Assembly: GCA_964248365.1 (NCBI GenBank)
Contig: CAXTYC010000052.1
Span: forward strand, 1-28,861
Length of the DNA: 28,861 bases
From: an uncultured Chroococcidiopsis sp.
Lineage (GTDB): Bacteria; Cyanobacteriota; Cyanobacteriia; Cyanobacteriales; Chroococcidiopsidaceae
Direction of reading: 5' to 3'
Position 1 is the first letter of the stretch, and each line of letters starts with the position of its first letter. The position numbers and the translations under genes are program-made. The notes beneath the pieces are model-generated. The model ran no database searches. It saw nothing but the letters and a program-made list of their open reading frames with translations, and was not told the DNA's origin. Shown piece by piece: positions 1 to 8,675 of the stretch.

Positions 1-50
1 TGGCATTTATGTCTGATTTTAGCTCATTCTCAAAGATCCCAAATAGGTTC
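1..50 (-). mobile_element. Probable left end of an IS element (IS5-like terminus GAACCTATTTGGGATCT) inserted into the IS982 transposase; continues beyond the window edge
   Basis: IS982 homology (LYAYLSQQFGECTG) begins abruptly at ~50. The reverse complement of 1-50 reads GAACCTATTTGGGATCT...TAAAAT...ATG CCA: an IS-like terminus, a -10-like hexamer and a start codon running off the window. The partner end is not visible. Confidence 0.4.
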
Positions 51-658
51 TATATGCCTACTTGTCCCAGCAGTTTGGCGAGTGCACGGGCATTAGCTTT
101 CTTGACTCTACCAGCTTCAAGGTTTGTCATAACCGTCGTATTCATCAACACAAAGTCTTTGAAATCTATGCCAAGCGGGGCAAAACCTCAGTTGATTGGT
201 TCTACGGTTTCAAGCTCCATTTGGTAGTCAACGAGCGCGGGGAGTTGCTCAATTTCACCTTGACACTAGGGAACACCGATGACTGTCAACCCGTGCCGCA
301 ATTGCTGCAACGATTAATCGGTAAAGTATTTGCCGACAAAGGGTATATCTCTCAAGCTTTGGCAGAAAAGTTATTGAAGACAACAGGCATCCAACTGATT
401 ACCAAGTTGCGTCGCAATATGAAAAATCGCTTGCTGCCCTTAGCCGACCGATTGCTTTTGCGCTGACGCTTCATTATTGAATCAGTGATTGACCAGTTGA
501 AAAACATTTCGCGTTCTTGAGCATTCTCGTCATCGCAGCCCAGTTAACTTCTTGGTCAATCTAGTTTGTGGGCTGATTGCCTACTGCCATCAACCCAAGA
601 AACCTTCACTAGTTATCAAGCAGAATTTGCTCTACCAGGCTTAACCCGAACTCACGTT
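50..658 (+). pseudogene. IS982-family transposase remnant (5'-truncated, nonsense codon and frameshift)
   Basis: Motifs GISFLDST, GKTSVDWFYGFKLHL, FADKGYIS. TGA at 464-466, then [13 protein letters not shown], a frameshift near 515, then [31 protein letters not shown] to TAA 644. Terminal-like CCCGAACTCACGTT at 645-658. Confidence 0.88.
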
Positions 659-1165
659 TGATTACTAGGTGGCTCAAAATTTACACATTTTCTTGTTGGC
701 ACTTCATTAACTAGTAAAGTCAGTCTAGGTAGAGAGCTGCTGTGCAAGCTATTTAACTTTCATCAAAATTAAGAAAATGTATTTTTCTCTAAAAAGTAAA
801 ATTTTTTATTATTACTTAACACAAACTTCAAGCTTATTAATAAAGTGATTGTAGGCTTAAGAAACTAGATTGAAAAACTGACTTTCCCTCCGGCGTAATC
901 TTTAAGCTGTATTATCTGCGCCTTCCTCCCAAGCTATCCTTAAGCTCTTGGAGTATCACAGAAGGGGAAGCCAATTTTTTCTATTATCCTCCTTAAATAC
1001 TTATTAAAAAGCAAGAAGAACAGTACAAATTTTGGTATTTTTTGTTACTAATCTTTTGGCAGAAAGATAGTAAAATTACGGTTCAGTAGAATTACGTAAA
1101 AAGATATGCTAAGCATAATTTCTACGTATGATCAACTTTATGATCGGTAACAGTATTTTCTCTAA

Positions 1166-2075
1166 GAGGTTGTTTGAAAAGTGTCAGGAGGTATAAAATT
1201 AGGCTAACCGCCTGAGCATGAGTCGAATCATGGAAATGTAAATCATCGCCTCAGAGTTTTCTGGCAAACGTTCGTAATCTTTGCTCAGCCGTCGAGACCA
1301 GTTAAGCCCACCAAATGTCCGTTCCACAATCCAACGTTTTTTGAGTACAGCGAAGCCTTGGGTCACATCAGGGCGCAGCACCACTTGCACCACCCAACGA
1401 AATGCATCCATGACCCACATTAAGAAAGGAGTACCACTGTAACCTCCATCGACCCAAATCCAATAAAGCCGAGAAACGGCTTCTCCCATTTGATGCACCT
1501 TCTGTAACACCCGTTTGTCACCTTCCCGTTCGGGCAGACTCGCAGCAGTAACTATGACTCGTAAAACCAATCCCAATGTATCAACCGCAGTATGGCGTTT
1601 TCGACCTTTAACGTGTTTTGCGTTGTCGAAACCAACTGACATATGCACCATCGTTGCCGTCGCTACACTTTGACTATCGACAATCGCTTCCGTGGGACTA
1701 CCAGGACGGTCGTAGCCTGCTCTGACCCATCTGCGTAAACGATCATGAATCGCTATCCTGGTGTCATCTTTCCGCCAGTTGCGGAAGTAGGTGTATACCG
1801 TTTGCCATGCTGGAAAATCCCCTGGCAAGTCACGCCATTTGCACCCTTGAACTAGTAGATAAAAAATTGCGTTTAACACTGCTGAGATCTCCACGAGTCG
1901 TGGACGACCACCAGGTAAAGCTGGGGGAATGAGAGGTTCAATTAACTCGAATTGAGCTTGGGTTAGGTTACTAGAGTATGCTTTAATCATGCTCTCAACG
2001 GTGCTGTGTCTACGTATTTACAGCTTATGCCCTGAGAGCTTTTTTTACTCAACTGCCAACTTTTCAAACAACCTC
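1166..2075 (-). mobile_element. IS5-family (IS1031 subgroup) insertion sequence, 910 bp
   Basis: Perfect 17-bp TIRs: GAGGTTGTTTGAAAAGT (1166-1182) and ACTTTTCAAACAACCTC (2059-2075). TAA target duplication at 1163-1165 and 2076-2078. Confidence 0.95.
1199..1990 (-). CDS. IS5-family transposase
   Basis: YSSNLT, WRDLPGDFPAWQTVY, IVDSQSV, KGRKRH, DGGY, RWIVERTF, RRLSKDYE motifs. Confidence 0.95.
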   Translation of the reverse strand: MIKAYSSNLTQAQFELIEPLIPPALPGGRPRLVEISAVLNAIFYLLVQGCKWRDLPGDFPAWQTVYTYFRNWRKDDTRIAIHDRLRRWVRAGYDRPGSPTEAIVDSQSVATATMVHMSVGFDNAKHVKGRKRHTAVDTLGLVLRVIVTAASLPEREGDKRVLQKVHQMGEAVSRLYWIWVDGGYSGTPFLMWVMDAFRWVVQVVLRPDVTQGFAVLKKRWIVERTFGGLNWSRRLSKDYERLPENSEAMIYISMIRLMLRRLA

Positions 2076-2164
2076 TAAGAGTTAAAACTTAGAATCTAAA
2101 GGCTAATACAATGCTATTACCCACTGGTGGAATAATTAATTAAATAGAAATCTAGGAGGGCAAG

Positions 2165-2410
2165 GTGCACAAGAAATCCGCACTGGTGCTCTTCTCGACG
2201 GTGGGGGCATTAGCTCTCAATTTCACTTCAGTGTCCCAGGCAATGGCAGACAGGGGAAACACACCTGCCTCTGGAAGTTGGCACCCCTACAGAACCACCA
2301 AGCCCATCACCTCAAGTAAGTCAACTTGGTGGTGTGCATCGAGCGTAGGAGTTGACTATTCATCTTCTGGCTTTTTTGCACTTGGCTATTTTTTCAAATT
2401 GTCCTGCTAG
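2165..2410 (+). CDS. Small putative exported protein (possibly degenerate)
   Basis: AGGAGG RBS before GTG; Sec-like signal peptide MHKKSALVLFSTVGALAL...AMA; hydrophobic C-terminus. Confidence 0.4.
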   Translation: MHKKSALVLFSTVGALALNFTSVSQAMADRGNTPASGSWHPYRTTKPITSSKSTWWCASSVGVDYSSSGFFALGYFFKLSC

Positions 2411-2503
2411 AAAGCCTTTTGGAAAATAGGTGTGTTAACTATAACCCGCTACCAGTAGTAACCTGCTTTCCGATCTAATAAAAACCATTTCTAGGAGATA
2501 CAA

Positions 2504-4198
2504 ATGAGCTTCTTTGAATATGACTCAGTTACTTCAGACGAAGTTATTGATGCGCCGAAATTAGCAAATGCAGCGTACAAGGACAGGCCAGGACCCGAAG
2601 GCTGGACGGCTCTTACTGGAGAGCAGTTGGGGTTTACCGAAGATTTCTTAGGCTTTGGTGGTTCGTATGATGGAACCTACTTCAACTATGGACCAGCATC
2701 TGCTGTCGTCTTTCAGAAAGGCTCCGAGCTTGCCGTAGCTTTTCGCGGCACCGATATGCCTGTCGATTTTGCAACTTATTCAGATATTTTAAACTTACCA
2801 GGACTTGATTACATAGACTTCTTTGATAAGTTGCTAAATACAGTTGAAGAGTATGCTAAATCGCATAATATTACCAAAACCCTTATTACTGGCCACAGCT
2901 TAGGTGCCGCAGCCGTGAATGAGCTTCGAGATAAATCGGCGGACAGTTATGATGGGTTTTTCAATAATGCTGACTATATCAGCTTCGCCACTCCAGAGGT
3001 AGCTAACAGACAAGACATACTTAACGTTGGCTTCACCAATGACCTAATATTCAAGTCTGTCGAGGAAGCTCTCGATACATCTATCCCTAGAAGCAATCAA
3101 AAATACGATTCTACTACTGACAATCTGATATTTTATAATGGTTCATACATTACTGACAGCTTGTTAAATAAGTCTCTTTCCTTACATGGTGCTGATAATT
3201 ACATACAAGCGGTTGAGCGAATCCTCAGCTCCGAGTTCTATCCTGAAATGAACCGCGGCTCGAATGTGGTTCTAGTTGCAACATCGGAACCTGTCGGAAA
3301 TCCAGACGGTAGACCGATTATCAACAATGAGCCGACCTATTTCCTTGGACGTGATGGGGAAGCGGACACGATTTTCGGTGGCCCTGGTAATGACACGATC
3401 GAAGGGTTCGGTGGGGACGATCTTCTATCCGGCGGTGGTGGAGATGATCGAATCGTCGGTGGAGAGGGGATTGACGTAGCTTCCTACGCAGGACCTTCCG
3501 AATCTTTCTATTTGAAGCCGTTACTTGATGGCACGGTAAGAGTAACTGATACGGGAATTAGTGGAGGTGGAGAAGGTGTTGATACGCTGACTGGAATTGA
3601 ATTCATGCGCTTCTCGGACAAAACGGTGAGCCTGGGAGATCTGCCCATTGCTTCGGAATTGCTCTCAAACGGGTCGTTTGAGGAAGGACAGGCGACAAAC
3701 CTGAGTGGCTACACCAGCTTGACCTCCGTTCCCAGCTGGACTACTAACTCGGGCAGCGCCGCTCTAGAGGTGTGTGCAGCGGGCTACCGCGGCGTTTATG
3801 GCGGTGACGGTCACTGGCTCGACACCCAGAGTAGTCCTGGTGGTATCGACATTAGTCAGGCGGTGGATGTTAACGCCGGAGTGGCTGGAAGGGACGTGAC
3901 CTTAAGCGTTGTCGTCGCAGCTGGGAACATGACATCCCAGAACGAGGATCTCCAGTTCTTACTCAACGATAGTGTTGTCGCGGATATCGGACTCTCCGAT
4001 TTTAACGGTAATCTCAACACCTTCAAGGAGTTCTCTTTCAACCTGATAGCACAGGACGGGTTCAATAACCTCCGCATCAGGAGTGTGAGCACAGACGCAA
4101 GCGGTGGCAGCGATTACGGCTTTTCACTCGACAGGGTTTCCCTGACGATCGGCGACCCGCTCGGCGTGCCAGCGAGTACGCTTACGACATTGGCGTAA
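2504..4198 (+). CDS. Secreted-type lipase (alpha/beta hydrolase) with RTX Ca-binding repeats and a C-terminal jelly-roll/carbohydrate-binding-like domain
   Basis: AFRGTD and GHSLG nucleophile elbow; GGxGxD repeats (GGPGNDTI, GFGGDDLL, GGGGDDRI, GGEGID); GVDTLTGIEFMRFSD; NGSFE opening the C-terminal domain; AGGAG RBS. Confidence 0.82.
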   Translation: MSFFEYDSVTSDEVIDAPKLANAAYKDRPGPEGWTALTGEQLGFTEDFLGFGGSYDGTYFNYGPASAVVFQKGSELAVAFRGTDMPVDFATYSDILNLPGLDYIDFFDKLLNTVEEYAKSHNITKTLITGHSLGAAAVNELRDKSADSYDGFFNNADYISFATPEVANRQDILNVGFTNDLIFKSVEEALDTSIPRSNQKYDSTTDNLIFYNGSYITDSLLNKSLSLHGADNYIQAVERILSSEFYPEMNRGSNVVLVATSEPVGNPDGRPIINNEPTYFLGRDGEADTIFGGPGNDTIEGFGGDDLLSGGGGDDRIVGGEGIDVASYAGPSESFYLKPLLDGTVRVTDTGISGGGEGVDTLTGIEFMRFSDKTVSLGDLPIASELLSNGSFEEGQATNLSGYTSLTSVPSWTTNSGSAALEVCAAGYRGVYGGDGHWLDTQSSPGGIDISQAVDVNAGVAGRDVTLSVVVAAGNMTSQNEDLQFLLNDSVVADIGLSDFNGNLNTFKEFSFNLIAQDGFNNLRIRSVSTDASGGSDYGFSLDRVSLTIGDPLGVPASTLTTLA

Positions 4199-5264
4199 TA
4201 GTGGGAGGTGTTAAGTTTGGTATAAATTTAGATACGTTTGCCCTGATGTTTGGTAAGAGTAGGATTTCCCACACCAACCTAGAAGCAGCCATTTTGTTCA
4301 AACTTGACTTAGCCGACTCCACTTTTTGCACCAAACCAATATCGTGGTAGCGATGCCACCAACTGTGTTGAAGGTAGTCAAGCAACCATAGCTGTTGGTG
4401 ATACTCCAACTGTGTGTTCACCGATGCGGCAACTTGCATGGCAATTAAGGCTTTGTTCGGTGGTGATAAAAGTTGTTCTATCAAAGTAGGAGGAATTGAT
4501 TGCAGTTGTTCGTGGTGCGCGATCGCTTGCCCTGGACTTCCCGGTGCCAAAGACATTACTGTTGGGTTACTCAAAACCTCTTGACGCTCCAACTTTTCCA
4601 ATACTGCTAGCATTTGGGTGCAGTTCATTCGATAAAACGGGATAACCTGACAGCGGCTAGCGATCGTTGGTAGTAATTTCTGCGGTTGGGACGATATCAA
4701 AATGATAGTAGCATTGATTGGTTCTTCTAGCGTTTTAAGTAGTGCATTGGCAGCCGCATTCGTCATACAATCAGCGTCTTTTATGATTGCTACTTTATTG
4801 GGCGCAGCCAGGGGCGAACAATTGAGGAACTGAGTAAGTTCTCGAACTTGTTTAATGCGGATCTGCGGTGGGTACTTGCGCTTAACTTCAGCCAATGCTA
4901 ATTCGCTCTTGTTGACTAGTTCCCCCTGGTGTAGAAATGTTGGCTCAACCCACATTAGATCGGGATGGCTGTTGATACTATTAGTGCCAAGTAATTGAGC
5001 GCTGAAGATCTTTGCAGCTAGAGTTTTGCCGATGCCATCAACACCTGCAAATAGGTAAGCTGGTACAACTCGCTGTGTTTTGATCGCACTATTAAGTAAG
5101 TAGGAGGCAATTGATTGACCGACAAGCGAAGAAAACTCAACTCTTTCTTGCCTCAGTGGTTGAACTACTGGGTTATTATTGGAGTTAATTACTGTTGGAG
5201 CGTCGGCAGGCTGTGCGAGTAAACTAAGTTGTGGCATAGCGGTTTTTAGGGTAATAACGTTCAT
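4182..5264 (-). CDS. holB: DNA polymerase III subunit delta-prime (clamp loader); alternative start at 5237
   Basis: PAYLFAGVDGIGKT, HPDLMWVEP, PPQIRIKQVREL, AANALLKTLEEP, LLPTIASRCQ (SRC motif). Confidence 0.92.
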   Translation of the reverse strand: MNVITLKTAMPQLSLLAQPADAPTVINSNNNPVVQPLRQERVEFSSLVGQSIASYLLNSAIKTQRVVPAYLFAGVDGIGKTLAAKIFSAQLLGTNSINSHPDLMWVEPTFLHQGELVNKSELALAEVKRKYPPQIRIKQVRELTQFLNCSPLAAPNKVAIIKDADCMTNAAANALLKTLEEPINATIILISSQPQKLLPTIASRCQVIPFYRMNCTQMLAVLEKLERQEVLSNPTVMSLAPGSPGQAIAHHEQLQSIPPTLIEQLLSPPNKALIAMQVAASVNTQLEYHQQLWLLDYLQHSWWHRYHDIGLVQKVESAKSSLNKMAASRLVWEILLLPNIRANVSKFIPNLTPPTITPMS

Positions 5265-5317
5265 TAAAAAAAGTGTTTTTTAATCAAATAAATGTTGAAA
5301 AAACACTTTTTTTTAAT
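5263..5317. repeat. AT-rich inverted repeat upstream of holB
   Basis: AAAAAAAGTGTTTTTT (5266-5281) and AAAAAACACTTTTTTT (5298-5313): perfect 16-bp arms, 16-nt spacer. Confidence 0.75.
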
Positions 5318-5345
5318 ATTTAAGAGTAAAACAATTGAGCGAAAA

Positions 5346-5531
5346 CTAACGTTTTTTAGTCAATGCTTCTATAACTTGCTGCTCTGAAATCTGTGGGTCG
5401 TGGGAAAGAATTGTAAAATCGTCACGATTATCTGCAAGCTCTTTTACAATCTCACGCATAGCACGTCCTTTTTGTCTTTCGGCTTGAATATAACCTCTGA
5501 TTTCTTCTATTTTCAAGGTTTTAACATTCAT
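5346..5531 (-). CDS. Small hypothetical protein (weakly DUF6887-like)
   Basis: ATGA overlap with the upstream ORF; GGAG RBS; helical charged sequence. Confidence 0.6.
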   Translation of the reverse strand: MNVKTLKIEEIRGYIQAERQKGRAMREIVKELADNRDDFTILSHDPQISEQQVIEALTKKR

Positions 5532-5722
5532 AAAAAATCTCCTTGTGGATCGGTAGTAAAGGTATGTTTTATCAATTCGTCATCACAGCTTTTAGCTTCT
5601 ATGAACAAAAAGCTACCTTCCATATACAAATCATAAACGCAGTATCTAATTTGAGCCAAAGTTCTTATATGATTGCATAAAACAGCCCACTGGATTTCAT
5701 TTGGCATTTCGTTCATATACAA
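5528..5722 (-). CDS. Small hypothetical protein (weakly DUF6888-like)
   Basis: Overlaps the holA stop and the start of the next ORF, consistent with translational coupling. Confidence 0.55.
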   Translation of the reverse strand: MYMNEMPNEIQWAVLCNHIRTLAQIRYCVYDLYMEGSFLFIEAKSCDDELIKHTFTTDPQGDFL

Positions 5723-6678
5723 ATTTTAATGATTTGAGTTTGCATTGCCAACCTTTCGTCCCATCCGGTTTTCAGCATAAGTTCTAGCTGTAACAGTATG
5801 TCCAAGCCATTTTCTAGTCGGCTTATCGGTACACTAGCTATTTCTTGTCTAATGAAATATAGCTGCTTGGGATTTTTGATCTGGGCTAGAGTTGCGATCG
5901 CACCATCGTCTGTCCAACCGTCGATTACACTCAGCTTGACCACAAGCCAGCGGCGGAATGAAGTTGTTAGGGTGGCGACGATCTTTAAAGCTGGCTCATT
6001 GCAGTTAAATAAATTCTCTAATAGTTCCAGTGCCGTAGCAATGTTGCTAGTACGTATAGCGTTAGCTAGTTGCAGGTTATTTGTAGCATTGGGTAATACT
6101 AAAGCTTTAACATCAAGGACGTTGATAGTTCCACCGTTGGCATAGAGCTTCAGTTTCTCTAATTCTGTAAAAAGTAAGCGTGTATTATTACCTACTGATT
6201 CGACTAGCAGTTGACAAGCATCATTTGCCACACACACGCCGATTTGGGCGGCTAGAGTACGAACAAGTTTTTTGAGTGCATTAGTTTGCCAGGGTGGGAT
6301 TAAGGGAAACTCCCTAACGAGGGCGTGTTCTAGCAAAAGTTTAACCGACTTGTTTCTACCATCAGGTTTAGTGGTGCTTGTAATGAGTAGAACGTTAGTC
6401 TTGGGAATATTTGGTAGGATGCTCTCTAATTGTTGCAGCAATTCCTTAGAACAAGCACCCACTAGTGAGCTTGATGGTAAGTACACTAATCTACCACCAT
6501 TTCCTATAGGTGGAGTATTAATATCAGCCAACCCTTACTCGTTGCTAGATTTCGAGTCGGGAGGATATTGGGTGTAGTTGAAATCTTTCCACTGCTCATC
6601 AATAACTTGCGATCGCAAATTCTTGACTGACCGCTCCATTAAAAACTCATCTTCGCCCCAAAACAGGTGTATTGGCAT
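5713..6678 (-). pseudogene. holA: DNA polymerase III subunit delta with an in-frame TAA at codon 48 (6535-6537)
   Basis: ATG at 6678 gives MPIHLFWGEDEFL...WKDFNY...SNE*GLADINTPPIGNGGRLV, in frame with ORF 5713-6531 (KPDGR, EFPLIPPW, ELEKLKLY, EPALKIVATL). This matches cyanobacterial HolA. Confidence 0.9.
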
Positions 6679-6698
6679 AATTTTGTTTGTTTTATTGG

Positions 6699-6731
6699 TA
6701 AAAAACAAACCCGTACAAAAGCAGTACGGGT
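6699..6731 (-). terminator. Intrinsic terminator-like hairpin just upstream of holA
   Basis: Minus strand reads ACCCGTAC-tgctttt-GTACGGGT followed by TTGTTTTTT. Confidence 0.5.
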
Positions 6732-6745
6732 GTTATAGCTAAGCC

Positions 6746-6994
6746 CTAAAGTGCATCAACTACTTGGAAAGCAGCAAAGTGTTCTCGAATTCTTCGTTCA
6801 ACAATCGGGCTACACTGACCCCACCATTCTTCAATTGGTTTACCTCCCAGACAAGTTAAAACTGCACCAAAACCATCACTTTTGTACCTGACTGGGTAAG
6901 ATACTTGACCTCTTTCGGTTTGTCTTGGTTGAGGCTTGATGCCAAAAGAGGTAAGTTTCTTTTCCAGCTTGTTAAGTTGCTGTATTTGAGTCAT
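6746..6994 (-). CDS. Hypothetical protein
   Basis: ATG-start ORF, co-oriented within the operon. Confidence 0.65.
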   Translation of the reverse strand: MTQIQQLNKLEKKLTSFGIKPQPRQTERGQVSYPVRYKSDGFGAVLTCLGGKPIEEWWGQCSPIVERRIREHFAAFQVVDAL

Positions 6995-7060
6995 AATTTT
7001 ACGTGTGTATAATCAGGGATAGATTTGCAGCGACCAAACTGGTCTATCCCTGGTTTTCAC

Positions 7061-7267
7061 CTAGTTCGCGCGAAGCGCCAGCGTGTTTTTGACATAGTTG
7101 AAGATAGTTTTGGCACTTGCCTCTGGTTGGTTTTCAGGAAGATTGCGGCAGAGATATCTGAATGTAGCAACTAGGATCTCTTGCCTAATCCTTAGCTGTC
7201 TTTGATTAGGATAAAATCGACTAACAGCGATCACCGCAGTTTTGATTACACTGGATTTAGTAGTCAT
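7061..7267 (-). CDS. Hypothetical protein
   Basis: ATG-start ORF 16 nt downstream of the methyltransferase, same strand. Confidence 0.6.
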   Translation of the reverse strand: MTTKSSVIKTAVIAVSRFYPNQRQLRIRQEILVATFRYLCRNLPENQPEASAKTIFNYVKNTLALRAN

Positions 7268-7283
7268 ATTTTGCTCTCGTAAA

Positions 7284-7826
7284 TTAGCTTTTATCGATTA
7301 CAACGAGGGAACATTTTACTTGGGTAAAACGTTCGCTATTAACAAATAGCCCCCAAGTCAGCTCTACAACTTGAGCATTGACTGTTGTTAGCCAACAACG
7401 AAATTGCCTGTGGAAACTAGTGTTATAGCACCAAGGGCTGTTGCTCATCAAAGACACAAGCTTCCCACCTTTGCTTAGACACTCATAAGCTTTTTTGACA
7501 TGAGAAATCTGTAGCGAAAAAGGAGGGTTTTGAACAATTCGTTGGGAACGATTGCTTAAATTAGTAGTAAGAAAATCAGAGCCAACAAGTATAAAACCTT
7601 GAACAGTTAAATGGGTTTGTAATGCAGGAAGTATTTCAATCACTTCAACAATTACTCCAGCTTGATGAAGAGAAATTGCTAGATTACCAAAACCTGCTGA
7701 TGGATCTAGACAACGCATACCTGACTCGATTTGTGCAAACTCTAATAATAATTCGACTACCCAAGGCGGCGAAGAAAATAGATCCCAAGACTTTATGATT
7801 GAATCATAATTTATCTGTTTCAACAC
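7284..7826 (-). CDS. Small SAM-dependent amino (N6-adenine-type) methyltransferase
   Basis: Motif I LDPSAGFG, motif IV NPPF, LSKGGKLV. Confidence 0.8.
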   Translation of the reverse strand: MLKQINYDSIIKSWDLFSSPPWVVELLLEFAQIESGMRCLDPSAGFGNLAISLHQAGVIVEVIEILPALQTHLTVQGFILVGSDFLTTNLSNRSQRIVQNPPFSLQISHVKKAYECLSKGGKLVSLMSNSPWCYNTSFHRQFRCWLTTVNAQVVELTWGLFVNSERFTQVKCSLVVIDKS

Positions 7827-8595
7827 TTTTTATAGTTTCGTGTTTTGTAGTGGAAGTTTGACTTAGATGTTTGACCGACTCTGTACCAAAAAAAGTGCGT
7901 AAACTATCCAAGCCTTCCAGATAAGCCATAAGTCCACTAGAACCTGCCACTTGGTATAAAGCTATAGCACTTTCCCACTCTTTTAGGCTAGCTTTTTTAG
8001 CTTGGAGAATTGTAATAATGGCGGATGGCAACTTAATCTCTTTACCAGTTTCTAAATCAAGGTGAGTAACTGTTTCTAGTAATAGCTCTTGTTCGCTTGT
8101 TACTTGATCTCCTTGAGACAAGTTAATTTGATGTAGTTGGTAAGCTACTCCAAACAAAGGTAGCTTTAGCTGTAATGCTCTATGTCGCTTAGGATACTTA
8201 GAGCTACGTTTCCTTGGCTTAAACTTAACTGGTGTTTTGGGATCTGGGATATTAAGAAGCTGCCCAAGTGGAAGTGATATTTGACCGTTGGAAGAGAATT
8301 TAACATTGCAATCAAGTTGGCAATGTGGATAAATAATAGGGTGCTGGTGTTGTGCCTGATGTCTAAGATCTCCAAATAGCCGAAGTTTCACCGTTAAAGT
8401 ATGAAAAATCCAACCATAACCAGTATCAGCAATACCAGGTAGTTGGATTTGTGGTAATTTTTCAGTCCACTCTAAAGTTAAAATGCGATCACCTGAAAGA
8501 CCTTCGTAAAGATTAGTAATTCGAGTACCAGGATGTTGTTCTTTAAATTGTTGTATCCAAGCTCGTTGTTTTTTATTGAGGCGAGGTCTAGCCAT
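7804..8595 (-). CDS. Hypothetical basic protein with repeated beta-clamp-binding-like motifs
   Basis: 263-aa ORF in the operon; QIQLP (49-53), QISLPL (105-110), QLKLPL (142-147). Confidence 0.7.
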   Translation of the reverse strand: MARPRLNKKQRAWIQQFKEQHPGTRITNLYEGLSGDRILTLEWTEKLPQIQLPGIADTGYGWIFHTLTVKLRLFGDLRHQAQHQHPIIYPHCQLDCNVKFSSNGQISLPLGQLLNIPDPKTPVKFKPRKRSSKYPKRHRALQLKLPLFGVAYQLHQINLSQGDQVTSEQELLLETVTHLDLETGKEIKLPSAIITILQAKKASLKEWESAIALYQVAGSSGLMAYLEGLDSLRTFFGTESVKHLSQTSTTKHETIKSVETDKL

Positions 8596-8675
8596 CGGTT
8601 GTAAATTGTTGATGGATTAAAAAAAGACAACTCAAAATAGGTATTATTGCTTTAATTGATATTGCTAGGCTTGTT

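Noticed and set aside
1069..1096. Direct repeat AGTARAATTACG x2 as a regulator site
   Set aside because: Short and in very AT-rich DNA; could be chance.
2165..2410. PEP-CTERM sorting signal
   Set aside because: The C-terminus is hydrophobic, but there is no VPEP motif and no clear basic tail.
7804..8595. Split PARP catalytic domain downstream of the WGR gene
   Set aside because: No H-G-S/T, Y or catalytic E pattern of ADP-ribosyltransferases is recognisable.
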